Shown: in pieces, positions 23,601-35,514 of the stretch
Numbering within the stretch: the stretch's first letter is position 1
How the letters are laid out: every line of letters starts with the position of its first letter
Source of the DNA: Hydrurus foetidus
Lineage: Eukaryota
DNA: 64,000 bases
NCBI GenBank assembly: GCA_900617105.1
Contig: UYFQ01000756.1
Span: 1-64,000 of the forward strand
Direction of reading: 5' to 3'
The notes under the pieces: model-generated
Told to the model about the DNA's origin: nothing
The model's database searches: none
Seen by the model: only the letters and a program-made list of their open reading frames with translations
Translations under genes and position numbers: made by a program

Positions 23601-26228
23601 CTCTAGCAGTAAGTGCACTTGCCATACTATAGTGTCACCTCACTATTTATTCTTTCCATTTTCTCACATTCGACCTTTTCATCTTCAACATCAATCCCCA
23701 TCTCCCTACAGTTTGATTTCCTCTCTTAACCTATCATATCACTCCTTGCCATGTGTTCTTTCGTTGCTTCTACAGGCAAAATCAGTCAATGAAAAGCAGC
23801 TGACTAGTCAACGGAAATCGCACATACGTCACCGATTTGAAGATTTGGTGAGTCACTGCTGAGTGTCCGATCTCTTCAGTATCGAGTACTGCGCCCTAAG
23901 TTCCTTGCTGCATGATTGAGACCTTCATCGAATCTGCGCTGAGTATTTCGTTCCTTCATTTCTAAATAAATTCTGCCTTTGTGCGAACATCTTTTTCTCG
24001 CCCTCACCCTCACCTGAACGCTTACTCTCTCAGTTATTTCCACTCACGTGATCTCACTTCCTCAGCATTCTTCCCACTTTAAATCTCCACACATGTCACA
24101 CACCATGTATCAGGATGACAAGGGAAACACTCTGTGCAAGTTCGTGATCAACATATTCTGGGCTTCGCAATTCGAAGCAGTGAGGGAGGGTTTTTTTAAA
24201 GACCCCTCTGGCGGTGAGCGGCATACCTACAAATCAAATGTTGCATGATTTTAAATACGTCATCATCATGACGTACGTTACATTTGCATGCACGCGCACT
24301 TGACACTTTTCACCTGCACCTCAAGAATTCACCTGACCCAAAGTCCATCTTTATAGGTCCGTGTTTCGATCACAACGAGGGATTTATACGGTCACTCTCA
24401 ACCTCGTCCAGCTGGATGGCACAGGTAAGGGAGGGTATATTGGACCTCTAATTCCGACATGAATTCGTTGTTGATTTGGATTTGGATTTGGATTTGGATT
24501 TGGATTTGGATTTGTAAAGTGCAACCCTAGAGTAGATCAGTCTGCGAAGTGGGCACTCTCCATCATTTATCCGAGCTACTATTCCCTCACCTGTCACTCC
24601 CTATCACTCGCTGAATCGCTCTCCTACTCACTCACTGTCTCACTCATTCACTGTCTCACTCACTCCTTCTTATCCACCTCATCATCCCAGGGAGGAAAGA
24701 GTGGAGCGTCATTCTCTAAGAGTCTTGACGACCGTTTCATTGTTAAGGTAGTGCATTCGTCACTACACTACACTACACTGTGCTATACGTATACTTTACG
24801 TGTAACATATCGGATGTAACAATCTGCTCTTCATTCGATTTTATGACACTCGTTGACTACAACTGGAGTCATGAGAGTCTTTATGGAGCTGTACATTCAG
24901 TACGTGTCGATAGGCCCTCGATCTCAAACAGCAGTGCAACTTGCTACACCGTAACAAATCCCTCTATACGGTGTTCTGCCATACTTACCCGCAACAAATT
25001 CATCCCTGAACAATCTGTACAAATCTCAACTCTCTCACTCTCAATATCTTCCCTTCTTCAAGCCCCTGATAATGTTTTTAAAACATCCCCAAAGGTCATA
25101 TCTCGAGTTGAACTGCAGATGTTTCTAGAATTTGCTCCAGCCTATTTTGAGTACATGGCGAAAGCTTTCTACAACAACATACCCTCTGTGTTGTGCAAAA
25201 TATTGGGGGTGTATACTCTGGGGTACCACAACAAAGAAACCGGGAAAAAGGTGCGGTTTCATTTTCTGAATTAAATCGATTTTAAATACCGATTTTGATA
25301 ATTACCGTGTTTATTGTTTTTTAACTTCGAGAGAAAAGAACGCTACACATTCAAATTGTTCGCTCGAAACATTTATTCTTCTTGTTTCAGACTATGGAGA
25401 ATGTCGTTGTTATGGAAAACATATTCTACAAGGTGAGCAGACAAACATACGCGTCTTCAGAATTTATTTATATGTTTCTTAATTTCTCAATATAAAAGTT
25501 TATTTGTTTTTTTTTCCACCTATCTATTCTTTTCAACTTTTCATTCACTCATATATTGGCTAATTCATTCATTTACTTATTCATTCTTTCGATGGCTATC
25601 ATACATTTGATAAAGGCATTATCATCACCAATGAAAAAAAATCTCACTTCTTGCTACTACATGTAAACGCACGTCGCACCACACCACACAGCGCAATATC
25701 ACCCACGTCTTTGACCTTAAGGGTAGCAGTCGAGCTAGATATGTGAATGTCGAGCAGAGCAACACATCGACAGGAACAGGATCATCATCAGATAGAGACA
25801 GTGGAAGGGATAGAGAGAGAGAGAAAGGAAGAATAGATGGCGTTGATGAAGCTTTGATTAAACGAAGGAAAGCGAGGAAGCTGAAAGCTGCTGCTTCCTT
25901 CTCTTCTTCTTCTTCTTCCTCAGATCCAAATAGCAAGTCCCTTGAAAACAGCAAAGAGCTTCCCATGCAACGCTCAGATCAGACACTGAAAAAAGATAAA
26001 GAGAGAGAGAAAGAAAAAGAGAAACAGAAAGAGGAGTCAACGCACACTCAGCCTCAAGTTCTCCTCGATGACAACCTCTTGGAACTCACTAACGGTCGAC
26101 CCTTCCCTCTAAAGCACAGAGCAAAGGTTCGTTGTAACCCACCAGAACCTTGTTTTCTACACTTTCCTCTTCATCTGTCATTCTCGCAAAAGAAAGACTT
26201 GGAAGAATCTCTCTCTTTCTTCTTTCCT

Positions 26229-26307
<79 letters not shown>

Positions 26308-27361
26308 CTTTCTTTCTTTCTTTCTTTCTTCCTCTCCTTTCCTCCCTCGTTCCTTAAATTAATCATGCAATCTTACCTTCTTTCCTTCCTTTCTACCCCC
26401 CTCTTACTGCAGACATATTTCTCGAAGGCCGTGAGCAACGACACGTTCTTCCTGTCCATAATATCCGTCATAGATTATTCCATCTTGGTCGGCTTCGATG
26501 AAGACTCCCATGAGATTATAGTGGGAATCATTGACTACATGAGACAGGTGAAATCCTTGGGAGGCAGTCACACGTATGCACTTACAGATAAGGGCTGGGG
26601 TGTGCTGTTGATTAATGCACCACTATTTCTCGGAATGGCACATTTGAATGCACACCATAAGACATTCACTTATCTCTTCACAAGGAACTTGTCTTCTACT
26701 ACCACCTAGCAACATCTGAGATACCATATCTCCCTTCTATATGCATACAGTACGACATTGTAAAGCGTGTGGAGCGTATGGGTAAGAGTGTGGGAATGCT
26801 CACAGGCCAAGCTGAACCCACCATCATCCAGCCCTCCATGTACAGGAAGAGGTTTAACGCGGCTATGGAGAGGTACTTCATGACTATACCGGTAAGCGAT
26901 TGAATTCGGTCAAAGCTATGGATCCTGGATCAAACTCTGGAATGTTTATGAGTTCTTTTCCTTTCCTTTCATAGTGTGTGAGATTCGATTTGAGATTGTA
27001 CGAAGATTTCAATCTATTCACTTCAGCAGCATCTACAGTGTAACACTTTGAAGTTGAGCACTTCATGAAATATGGAGTGCTCATGATAATCTTTAGTCCA
27101 ATACTATTGTAATGATTCTCTCCCACCCCCTACCGATTTCTATTCGAGAAGTAGACAGCGGAGAACAATCTGTGAGCAATATCTCCCTCTGTCTTTTGTG
27201 TTAATTCTCTTGCTCTTGATGTTGCTTTTGCTCTTGTTTCTCTTTTCTTTCGTGTTTCCTATCTTTGCAGCAGCTTTCTTATCCCTTCCATTCTTTTTTC
27301 TCATTCTTCTGTTCGTATTTCTTCTTCGTGGCAGGATAAGTGGGTCTCGCATGATGTATGA
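12168..27361 (+). CDS. FAB1: 1-phosphatidylinositol-3-phosphate 5-kinase FAB1/PIKfyve, about 32 exons
   Basis: FYVE finger (DFWMPDRLCKLCYGC...RRKHHC|RMCGQIFCNQC). Cpn60/TCP1-like domain (YVKLKIIPGG, DGVVFRKTVSHKKM, LERISRMTGA, GCPPELGCTLVLRG). MSEETWKMSFGKFLE. PIPK domain (GGKSGASF, DDRFIVK, FLEFAPAYFEY, FDLKGSSRAR, VIDYSILVG, VGIIDYMRQY, PTIIQP..Y..RF..AMERYF). Last exon DKWVSHDV* at 27335-27361. Confidence 0.95.
17294..17892 (+). repeat. Composite intronic satellite: (TCTG)n/(TG)n runs punctuated by GCACTTT(A/G)AATCTC
   Basis: Directly visible; 6 copies of the punctuating motif (about 17324, 17381, 17442, 17549, 17650, 17767) in FAB1 intron 17160-18059. Confidence 0.95.
19627..19688 (+). 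repeat. (GTGTA)n pentanucleotide microsatellite in a FAB1 intron
   Basis: About 12 perfect units, just downstream of the donor at 19572. Confidence 0.95.
22868..22940 (+). tRNA. tRNA-Arg (anticodon TCT), intronless, nested in a FAB1 intron
   Basis: GCTCTTG-TG-GCGC AATGGATA GCGC-G-TCAGA CT TCT AA TCTGA-AGGTT-TTGGG TTCGAGT CCCAA-CTAGAGT-G forms a 73-nt cloverleaf with A and B boxes and one U-U mismatch in the acceptor stem. T-runs follow about 10 nt downstream. Confidence 0.93.
26212..26330 (+). repeat. (TTTC)n microsatellite in a FAB1 intron
   Basis: Directly visible tetranucleotide array. Confidence 0.95.
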
Positions 27362-28093
27362 TGGAGAGAGGGTATTTAATAGTGTAATCCTAGTCGAAAT
27401 CTGACGCATTGCTATCACGATTGTGACATTGTAGGATGGTCAGGCTGATGACATCGTCAGTCCTGTTGAACTCTGTCTAGTAGAAGTTGTGACTGTTTAT
27501 CCCAATGGATCTGTAACTCATGTATCAATTATGTAGCGTTGATAACCTTTATCTGGTACACCTTAGAATTAGCTGTACCTAGAATAGGGCACACACATGA
27601 CTTAATGATACGACGTCTATTACTGTACTGCTACAATCTTTTCCGTCTTATTTACGGCACAGTTCAGTACGGTACAATATTACGAAGGATTAAAAGTGTT
27701 CCTCTCCCAACTTTAAAATATTTCCCTGTCCTCGTAGCCATAGCTATTTTAAATACAATCTGATCGTAAAACAAGGTGCAATCTGTCCTCTGACTGTTCA
27801 CTATGTATGTATAATATATGTAATATATATAATATGCTGATACTGTATAACTCCTCCACATGAGAAGTTCAGAAACCGTATAAAAGGTGCTAGAATCATG
27901 AATTAGATGAGAAACCAACCAACTTGCGTTGAGAAGACCTCTTCAAATATTGATACTGTCTCTCAGCGCGAATTTTGAATTCGAAAGCATCTCTTCTGTA
28001 ATCGGCATCTAGTGACATTTCCAGCCTTATCTGATAATTCATCAACTCACTCTTGCGATCGTGCGGATGAACGCAATGAGGAAGTAATTTGAA

Positions 28094-30531
28094 ATGCACT
28101 TTTCAGACACTCTGTCGAGCGTCGAGAAAGCAAAGGAAGCCTTCTTCAAGGTGAGCTAAATTAGTGACCTGGCAACTACCGTTGTTGTTCTTCACGAGTC
28201 TCATTATTTGCTGAAGCGATTCCAATTCTCGATAGATTTCAACGACATTTGTGAATCAAATATCATATTAGGCTGAAAATGAGCGTCATGATTGGAAACG
28301 AAAGGTTGATCTCTACATGGTTGCGTCTAAGCATTACTTATCTGCGGCCACCATTATTGTTGGTGATAACGCAACAGTTCAAGCCTTGGTGTTCCTATCA
28401 TCTTCAGCTCTATTCAAGGCTGATCTGGCCAATTCTATGGTACGAACGTGCGTGTCTGATCGAGATAAAGACGATGACGCTGCGGTAGCTGGATCATCAG
28501 CATCCTTAGATTCGTCAGCCTCTAAAAAATTGAACATGAAATCAGGAATTGATGATGACGCTGAGTCGATCGGTCAATCCAGTTTATCGGGTCGAGTTTT
28601 ACTCATGGCCAATAGCGGCGTTGATAGGCGATCCACCATGGGAAGTAGCAGCAAAATGAGGTCATCTGGTCTGATGGGTGTCCCGAAAGCCGGTGCAGTT
28701 GCTCCCTCCGATGCAGCATATGATCTTTTCTTCCTCGAGAAGAAACTAGCTGAGCTGGGCTTGATGACAGGTAACAGCAGCAGCAGCTACAGGAACAACA
28801 CATCCACATCAGCTCTCGGCGAGTCCTTCATGCTTTTGTCAACCTCATCATCGCGAGGAAAGTTTGGTAAAGCGTCACTTGCCGGAAAGAATGTTCTAAT
28901 TCCGTTCGGAACAAGGGATTCTCTAAGAGCGGCAACTCCGGAATGTTCAAGAATAGAAACAGTGTCAGTCGTACAGAAAAATGAGCAAGTAGTTGAGAAG
29001 GAGACATTTAATAGCAGCAATGCTCCAACACCTTATAGCAGTGTAGCTGCTCCAACACCACCTGCTGTCCCTGTTAGTGGACCGTATGGCGGAATGGTGA
29101 AGAAAAAGATTCCTATTGCCCCAAAGCCTGCTGTTGGTGTCAACAAAACCATCGGAACGTTCTGGCTTCCTAATCCTATCGATATTCTTACTTGGAGAGG
29201 TCCGAAACCGTCTTCACCAACATTGGACTACTTGGAAGTTCTGCAGAAGAAGCCAGGAAAAGAATTCTCACTTGAAGATAGTCATCAGTTCGACATACAC
29301 TGGAATGACGATCAGAGCGTATACGGTTCAGCTGCGCAGGCACAGGCACAGAGAAAAAGAGAAGGGAGTCGAAGAAGCCAAAGCAGCGATAATTTGTTGT
29401 CAGCGTTAGCGATACAGGAGTATTTCAATGCATCCCAGGGGAGCACTGAGGCAGGTACAGGGGAAGATAAAGAAGGAGAAAGTGACAGAAGGGAGGGCAC
29501 TGCAGACAGTGCGGAGCAGAACAGTAATAGCGGCTATATCGATAACGGTACAGTTAGAGAAAGCGAATTACGGCTACTGCAGAGCATCAAGCGGCTAGGT
29601 GACGAGAACTTCTCTTTATTGCAGCGTATTGAATTGCTCTCCACTGTTGAGGCGAAGAATCTTGACATGCACAGAGAAATGTCCTCCTTCAAAAAAGAAT
29701 ACCAAGAAAGATTCTGTAAACTGAAGGAAGTCCTCAGAGAATTTCAACGGAAAAACTCAAAAGACGGAAATCCTCGTACTTTCGGATTTGAGTTTAATAC
29801 GGTTATTGGAACGCAGCCAGGCGATATATTTGATGGAAAACCCAATCAAGAAGACGTCAAAAATAGTGCTGGTGACAAAGAATCGAAATCCCTTGGGGCT
29901 AGCAGAGATGGAAGTGGAGCTGATGAACAAGGAGAGTTAAGGCAGCAGCAGCTCGAAAGAGCTGTGCTTGCATTGGTGAAGCGGCTGGAAGAGGTACGTA
30001 CATTCCTGAGTTAACCATTATTACACCGTGAAAATCTGTTCCTCACGTTTTTAATGGCACTTCTTTTTGTAGAGTAAAACCGAATTAGACAAGCGAGACC
30101 GACTGATCGGTAAATACGAGAAGTACTATCGTCAGCTGAAAAGAGATGCAGAGAGGCGTGAGACGGAACGAAGAGGAGGGGCACCAAGCAGTGAGAATGA
30201 GAAGAACTCCCTCGCAGTCAGCTCTTCACCTTCTTCTTCTGCCTCTAAATCGTCTGCGTCTCCTACAAGCTCCTCCACAGCCACTACTCCTCCCCTCCCT
30301 CCTCCCTCTGGCAAATCCAGTCAGAACACCTCTGTGTCTTCAAACAGCTCTCTTGGAGGATCCAACAGCGCTCAGAGACAGCCGCCACGCGGCCCCTCCA
30401 TGGTGCAGGCCCGTAACAAACACCCCTCCATTTCCACCCTTGAGACCACCCTTGGCCTGCAACGGGACAGGGCTGGAATCGCTGGGTCTGGGTCCCGCTA
30501 CACACACACAGGGGGTGGGGTGTACAAGTAG
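28094..30531 (+). CDS. Three-exon protein with a helical N-terminus, disordered middle and C-terminal coiled coils (possible Atg38/NRBF2-like)
   Basis: ATG at 28094. Introns 28151-28271 and 29994-30072 keep the frame through ORF 28317-30014 and ORF 30334-30531. Coiled coils LRLLQSIKRLGDENFSLL and DRLIGKYEKYYRQLKRDAERR. The family call is inference only. Confidence 0.75.
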
Positions 30532-31169
30532 CAAACTGTTGATAGCTTGCTTTGTTAATTTACTTTCTATCATTTACTAGTTGTCAATTGTATTCAGCCT
30601 GTTAGTGTGATGTATTGGATTAGACTGCGCTGAATTGGATTGGAACAATCTCATATTTTCTGCAAGTGCAGATAAGCGGCTCGTTGGACAATTTTTATCT
30701 TAAACCATGTTATGTGAGAGGTACTCAAAATTTGGTTCATCGAAAACATGTCTGGCTTTTTAATTATCTTATAGTCCTGAATAATTTGTAATGTGATGTT
30801 CATACTGTTCAAAAGTAAATGAAATGACTTCGTTACAAGCGCTAGCTGAATACACTTCAGTATGCTATGTTAATGTGTTCTGCTCTGGGAATTTACTCTT
30901 GAGAACGCAGCGGAAGTGAGGATGAACTAAAAATCGGTCTGCTTCACTTTCGAAGTAGTTACTTTCGATCGATCTGAAAAGACGAGCATTAAAACACTCC
31001 CCTAAAGGGATAACTTTAACAGTATCGGTTATTGAAAGACTGGTTGTCCAGCCAGACCAGTCAGTCACTTGGCTCTACACTGCATCCATCATCGGCATCC
31101 TCTAAATGCATCTCACCTCAGTCTGATTGCAATTCGCTCTAAGGAGTCAGTAACCACCATCAGCTGATC

Positions 31170-32495
31170 ATGTCGAAAGAGGCTATGTCGATGGCAACAA
31201 ATAACAAGAGAAAGCGCATGGCGGATACAGCCGTCGTCGAAGAAGCAAGCGCTGTAATTGAGGAAGTTCCTACATCTGCATTTGCCCGCAAGAGCGGTCC
31301 AGGCCTCTACACCAATAAGCAAAGAGTTCTTATATTGTCCAGTCGCGGCATAACAGCCCGTTATAGACACTTGATGGAGGATTTGAAGAAGCTTATTCCT
31401 CATCACAAGAAAGACAATAAGTTGGACGCCAAAGGAGACATCCACGTAGTTAATGAGATCGCGGAGCTCAAAAGCTGCAATCAAGTTTTGTACTTAGAGA
31501 CAAAGAAAAATCAAGACTTGTATATGTATCTTGGGAAAACGCCTCTCGGCCCCTCAGTCAAATTTCACGTTGCGAATGTCCACACTATGGACGAATTAAA
31601 ACTCACCGGAAACTGCATGATAGGATCAAGACCTCTATTGAATTTCGACGCCAGCTTTGATGCGCAGCCACATTTAAAACTCCTCAAAAGTAAGCCATGC
31701 GATTCCGAGCTGCTTGAAATCTTCTGCTCAATAGACAGCAGTTGTTCACATTGCTCCACTAACTAACTCTGACGAGTGCATCGTCTTTCTCAGGCATTCT
31801 GACAGATGCCTTTGGTTGCCCAAGAGGTCACCCAAAGTCGAAGCCTTTTGTGGACAGGGTCATGTCTTTCTTCGCCGTGAAAGACAGTATCTGTAAGTTA
31901 TTCACTCAACTGCTCTGATGTCTTGCCATGTCCGATTTTTCTGTCATAGAAATCGCTGAAGCATATTTGGCCCATCATTTAATAAAATCATTTTATACGA
32001 TAGGGATTAGAAATTATCAGATCATAGACAAGTCTGATAGAGGGGAGGACACCAACTTAGTTGAAATCGGACCTCGCATGGTATGAAAATAGACTGTCTC
32101 TAGTTATCCGATTTGATTGCACGCTTTCCTCCTCTCTATGCTTAACAGAAAAATTCTGACGTGACTCTCTCATTCAGGTCCTGATACCGATCCGCATCTT
32201 CAACGGATCTCTGGGCGGAGCTACGCTGTACCAGAACCCCTCCTTCGTCTCTCCCAACGAGCAGCGATCAGCCACGAAGAGATTCAAGGGGTAAGATTAA
32301 TGCTCTTCATTGAACAGATTACTGTCGCTATATTTGCTGCGGTCGTCATTATCTGGAATCTAATTCTTGTTTTTTTCCTTCAACAGGGATCGCTTCACCG
32401 AACGAGGTGCTCAGAAGATTAAGAGGACGGATGCCGCCATAGCAAACAAACCTCCAATTGACGAGCTCGCGGGCACAAGAGTATTCAGAGAATAA
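31170..32495 (+). CDS. BRIX1: Ribosome biogenesis protein BRX1/BRIX1, 5 exons
   Basis: NKQRVLILSSRGITARYRHLMEDL..LIPHHKKDNK, GPSVKFHVANVHTMDELKLTGNC.IGSRPLL.FD, GHPKSKPFVDRV, RNYQI, LVEIGPRM|VL.PIRIFNGSLGGATLYQNP. Stop at 32493-32495. Confidence 0.95.
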
Positions 32496-32914
32496 AATCC
32501 CACGCACGATGAGCTGTACCTTGTATATCAGAGGCATGTCTTGTTCTGATCTCCAACCGTGTATGTATTTGATGCAGGCAAATGTACCTTGTAAATTCGT
32601 CACGCGAAATAATACTCCTTTTTCGCCTACCCATTGATGCTCCGTCTGTGTCCTTGCCGGAGAAATTATCGATGCCATGACAATAGAAGTAAAGCGTGCT
32701 TATGGTGAGAATGAGTACTCCACCAGAATCTGATTTCTGGTCCTTCTGTGACTTGTCTCTGTCGAATATGAGGGGTTATCAGATTTGAAGAGCGGGTGTA
32801 CATTCCTTCTCTAGAGAGCGCACGAATTGCAACTTAAGAACCATCGAATCGAGATAAGGCGCGATGAACAGCTGGACTCCTTCAACCTCGCAAATGGCAC
32901 AACATGGATTATCC

Positions 32915-33346
32915 TCAGTCGCACATCATCTCCACGAACATCACATCCGGCACAACCTGTTCGACTACCATACCAAGAGCTGTGCCCATTCTTATAGCAA
33001 GAAGATGCTTACACAATATTTCACTCCTTGTTGACTTCGCTAATTCTAAGAAGCTTCGACAAGAACAGAACTTTTCAGTGCACACGTAATCTTTCTTTTG
33101 CGCTCCACGAAATGACTGAGAAGGCACCTTCCAAAAGAAACGCGTTGTTGAGGCACTTTTGATCCGTCTTATCCTCTTTGTCTCATCATCAAACAATTCG
33201 AGACAGTTTTCTACTAGAGGTTGATGATCCCAAAGGATGAATCCAATTTGTTTGAGAATTGCTTCCTTCGGCAGTTCTTTCGATCCGTCCTCCGCAGTTC
33301 TTAGGAAGGCATTCATCAAAGTTACTTGTAGTTCGGAGCACGACAT
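32915..33346 (-). CDS. ZSWIM7: SWIM zinc-finger protein, ZSWIM7/SWS1-like (Shu complex)
   Basis: YVCTEKFCSCRSF...ILCKHLLAIRMG is the CxC...CxH SWIM motif in a small (~143 aa) protein of SWS1 size. First ATG at 33346. Confidence 0.8.
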   Translation of the reverse strand: MSCSELQVTLMNAFLRTAEDGSKELPKEAILKQIGFILWDHQPLVENCLELFDDETKRIRRIKSASTTRFFWKVPSQSFRGAQKKDYVCTEKFCSCRSFLELAKSTRSEILCKHLLAIRMGTALGMVVEQVVPDVMFVEMMCD

Positions 33347-33896
33347 CACAGCATCAGCTTTTGCAATCAAGTGATGAATGGATTGACACTCCCCACTATC
33401 TGTAATGTTCCCTTCAAGTTTTGAAGTGTTGGAAGGAGCTGAGATTTGAAAGTTGTTGAAAATACCAAATAATCTCAGGTAAACTGTATGCCGTATGCCG
33501 TATAAATTCGCCTATGTACGGTATACAGTATACATGATGGAGTTATCTGTTACAGTTTACAGTTTACACAATTCATGTGTTATTGTACAATAGTTGTAAG
33601 TGTGATTAACATTGTGACATAGTGCCACCAGTGGCTTCCATAATAGTGCCAGTATACGGTTCAAACAAATTGTTGTCTTATATTCGCTGTGACGAAATGT
33701 TCAAGTGGAAAGTTCAATATCATTTGTGGAGGAAGTGTGCGGTGCATGAGAACGCAGATTCCTCAAATCAAATGTTTAGTCTGGAATGACGTGACAGTCG
33801 TGAGAATTGTGTTGTAAATCATCGCTGCTCAGCTGGTAGTTGACAGTTCCGTACGACTCAATTCATATGTGGAGAGAATGATGACAACAGAAGACG

Positions 33897-35514
33897 CTAG
33901 ACTACTTTCATAGGAGTTTCTTGACTTTTTTCAAAATCCTCGATTGATTTGAATAGCTCTGAAAAGTTGCCCTAATACATGAAACAAAATACCAGATGAT
34001 CAGTATGTGAGGCAAAGTGTCCTACTAAATTAAATTCCTCAAGCCACAAATAAACAGGAACAAAATACTATACCTTTCCGAACCCACCACAACCAGCAGC
34101 TTGAACTTTTTCATGTCCATCTGATGTGCGGTCACATCCGATTCTTTGGATTATTTCGATGAAAATCGTCATTCTGTCCCCCAAGGGCTTTGTGAATATT
34201 TGAAGCAGAACACCCTAAAAATTAAAAATGACGTATTTACTAATTGACTAATTTTTGTGTCGATAGATTATTCTACGATCACTATAATTACTCAAATTGT
34301 TATTAGAATTATCAAAATGTACCTGATCATCTTTATCGGCCAAGATACCCAGCTCCTGCAACTCCTGCCATTGAGCTTCAGAAAGAACATTCTTTCCTAT
34401 GCGATCAATAGCCCTTCGATAATAATCACAGCCAGGAGGAACCATGAACTCAAATCCTGCACCGCTGCCCGCTGAAGTCACAGTACCTCTCATTTTCATT
34501 TGACGCACTGTACTGAAGATGTCTTTGCTTAGTAGAGCTAAATGCTGCAAGCCTGCTCCATTGTTGTGGTCTAGGAAAGTCTGAATCTGAGACTGTCTCT
34601 TCGTTCCGAATGTTGGCTCATTGACAGGCAGGAGAACCATCTCGTTGTTGTTAGCGAGCACCATAGAGTTGAGACCACTGTCCAATGTTCCGATATCAGC
34701 AGATGCAAATTCGGCAAATTCATGCATACCGGTTGCTGCGGCAAGATAATCAATTGCATCAAATAGCTTAGGAACATTGCTCACTGAGTGGTCAAGTCGT
34801 ATGATTCCGAGTGTATCTGCATCAGTGCTGCTTGTTCTGGTCGTAACATAATTTGGGATCATGGATCCTGAGAAAGAACCGCTCACCCACCTAATCACAA
34901 CATCTCCGAACATCTTTATTTCAGAGATAGTCATTGACTCTCCTGTCATCTTGTCTATCAGTTCGTGCGGTTTGAGGACACCGATAGCGCCATTCTTCGT
35001 GGAGATATCGTATGCTTCAGTCGCATTCGTGACGCGAATCGCTATCGCGCGCACAGCAAGTCCATGATCTGATAGAAGCGTTCATGCGAAAGAAAATGAG
35101 GTAGCCAATTAGTAGGGGAATGTCTGAATGAAAGCGATTTCTGTATACAGCCGTACCGTATATGAAGGTGTGTGCGGCTTCAGCACTGTATTCTGGATGT
35201 GGCGAAGTTGACTCATCTTGCTTTTTCTTCGTGAAAGATATTCCATACGGAGCAGTGAATACAAAGCAGAGATCATTGGACTTTATCACGGTACTGCAGT
35301 AAAGGGAATTTCCTGTGCTCGAATTTGATATCGCCACTATTGGCATTCCTAGAGCGTAAGAAAATCGACGCGAAACATTCGTCGAGTCGGAGCAATAGAA
35401 TTCGACGTGATGAAAGCACAACATTTCAAATTTGTCGCTGTTTGGATTAAATCTCTTAAAATTGTCGTATCCGACAAGTTTCCGTTCGGTCACAACACTG
35501 TTGGCGACACTCAT
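33897..35514 (-). CDS. HPD: 4-hydroxyphenylpyruvate dioxygenase (plant/algal type), 4 exons
   Basis: KLVGYDNFKRFNPNSDKF..FHHVEFYC, D|HGLAVRAIA, RLDHSVSNV, DSGLNSMVLANN, SQIQTFLDHNNGAGLQHLAL, GILADKDDQ|GVLLQIFTKP, GCGGFGK|GNFSELFKSIE. Stop at 33897-33899. Confidence 0.96.

Noticed and set aside
27140..27418. Lys/Arg-rich minus-strand ORF
   Set aside because: It is the antisense of the pyrimidine-rich last FAB1 intron and terminal exon.
30793..30849. Box C/D-like motifs (GTGATG...CTGA) in an intergenic region
   Set aside because: Short, imperfect C box, and no terminal stem or recognisable rRNA guide.
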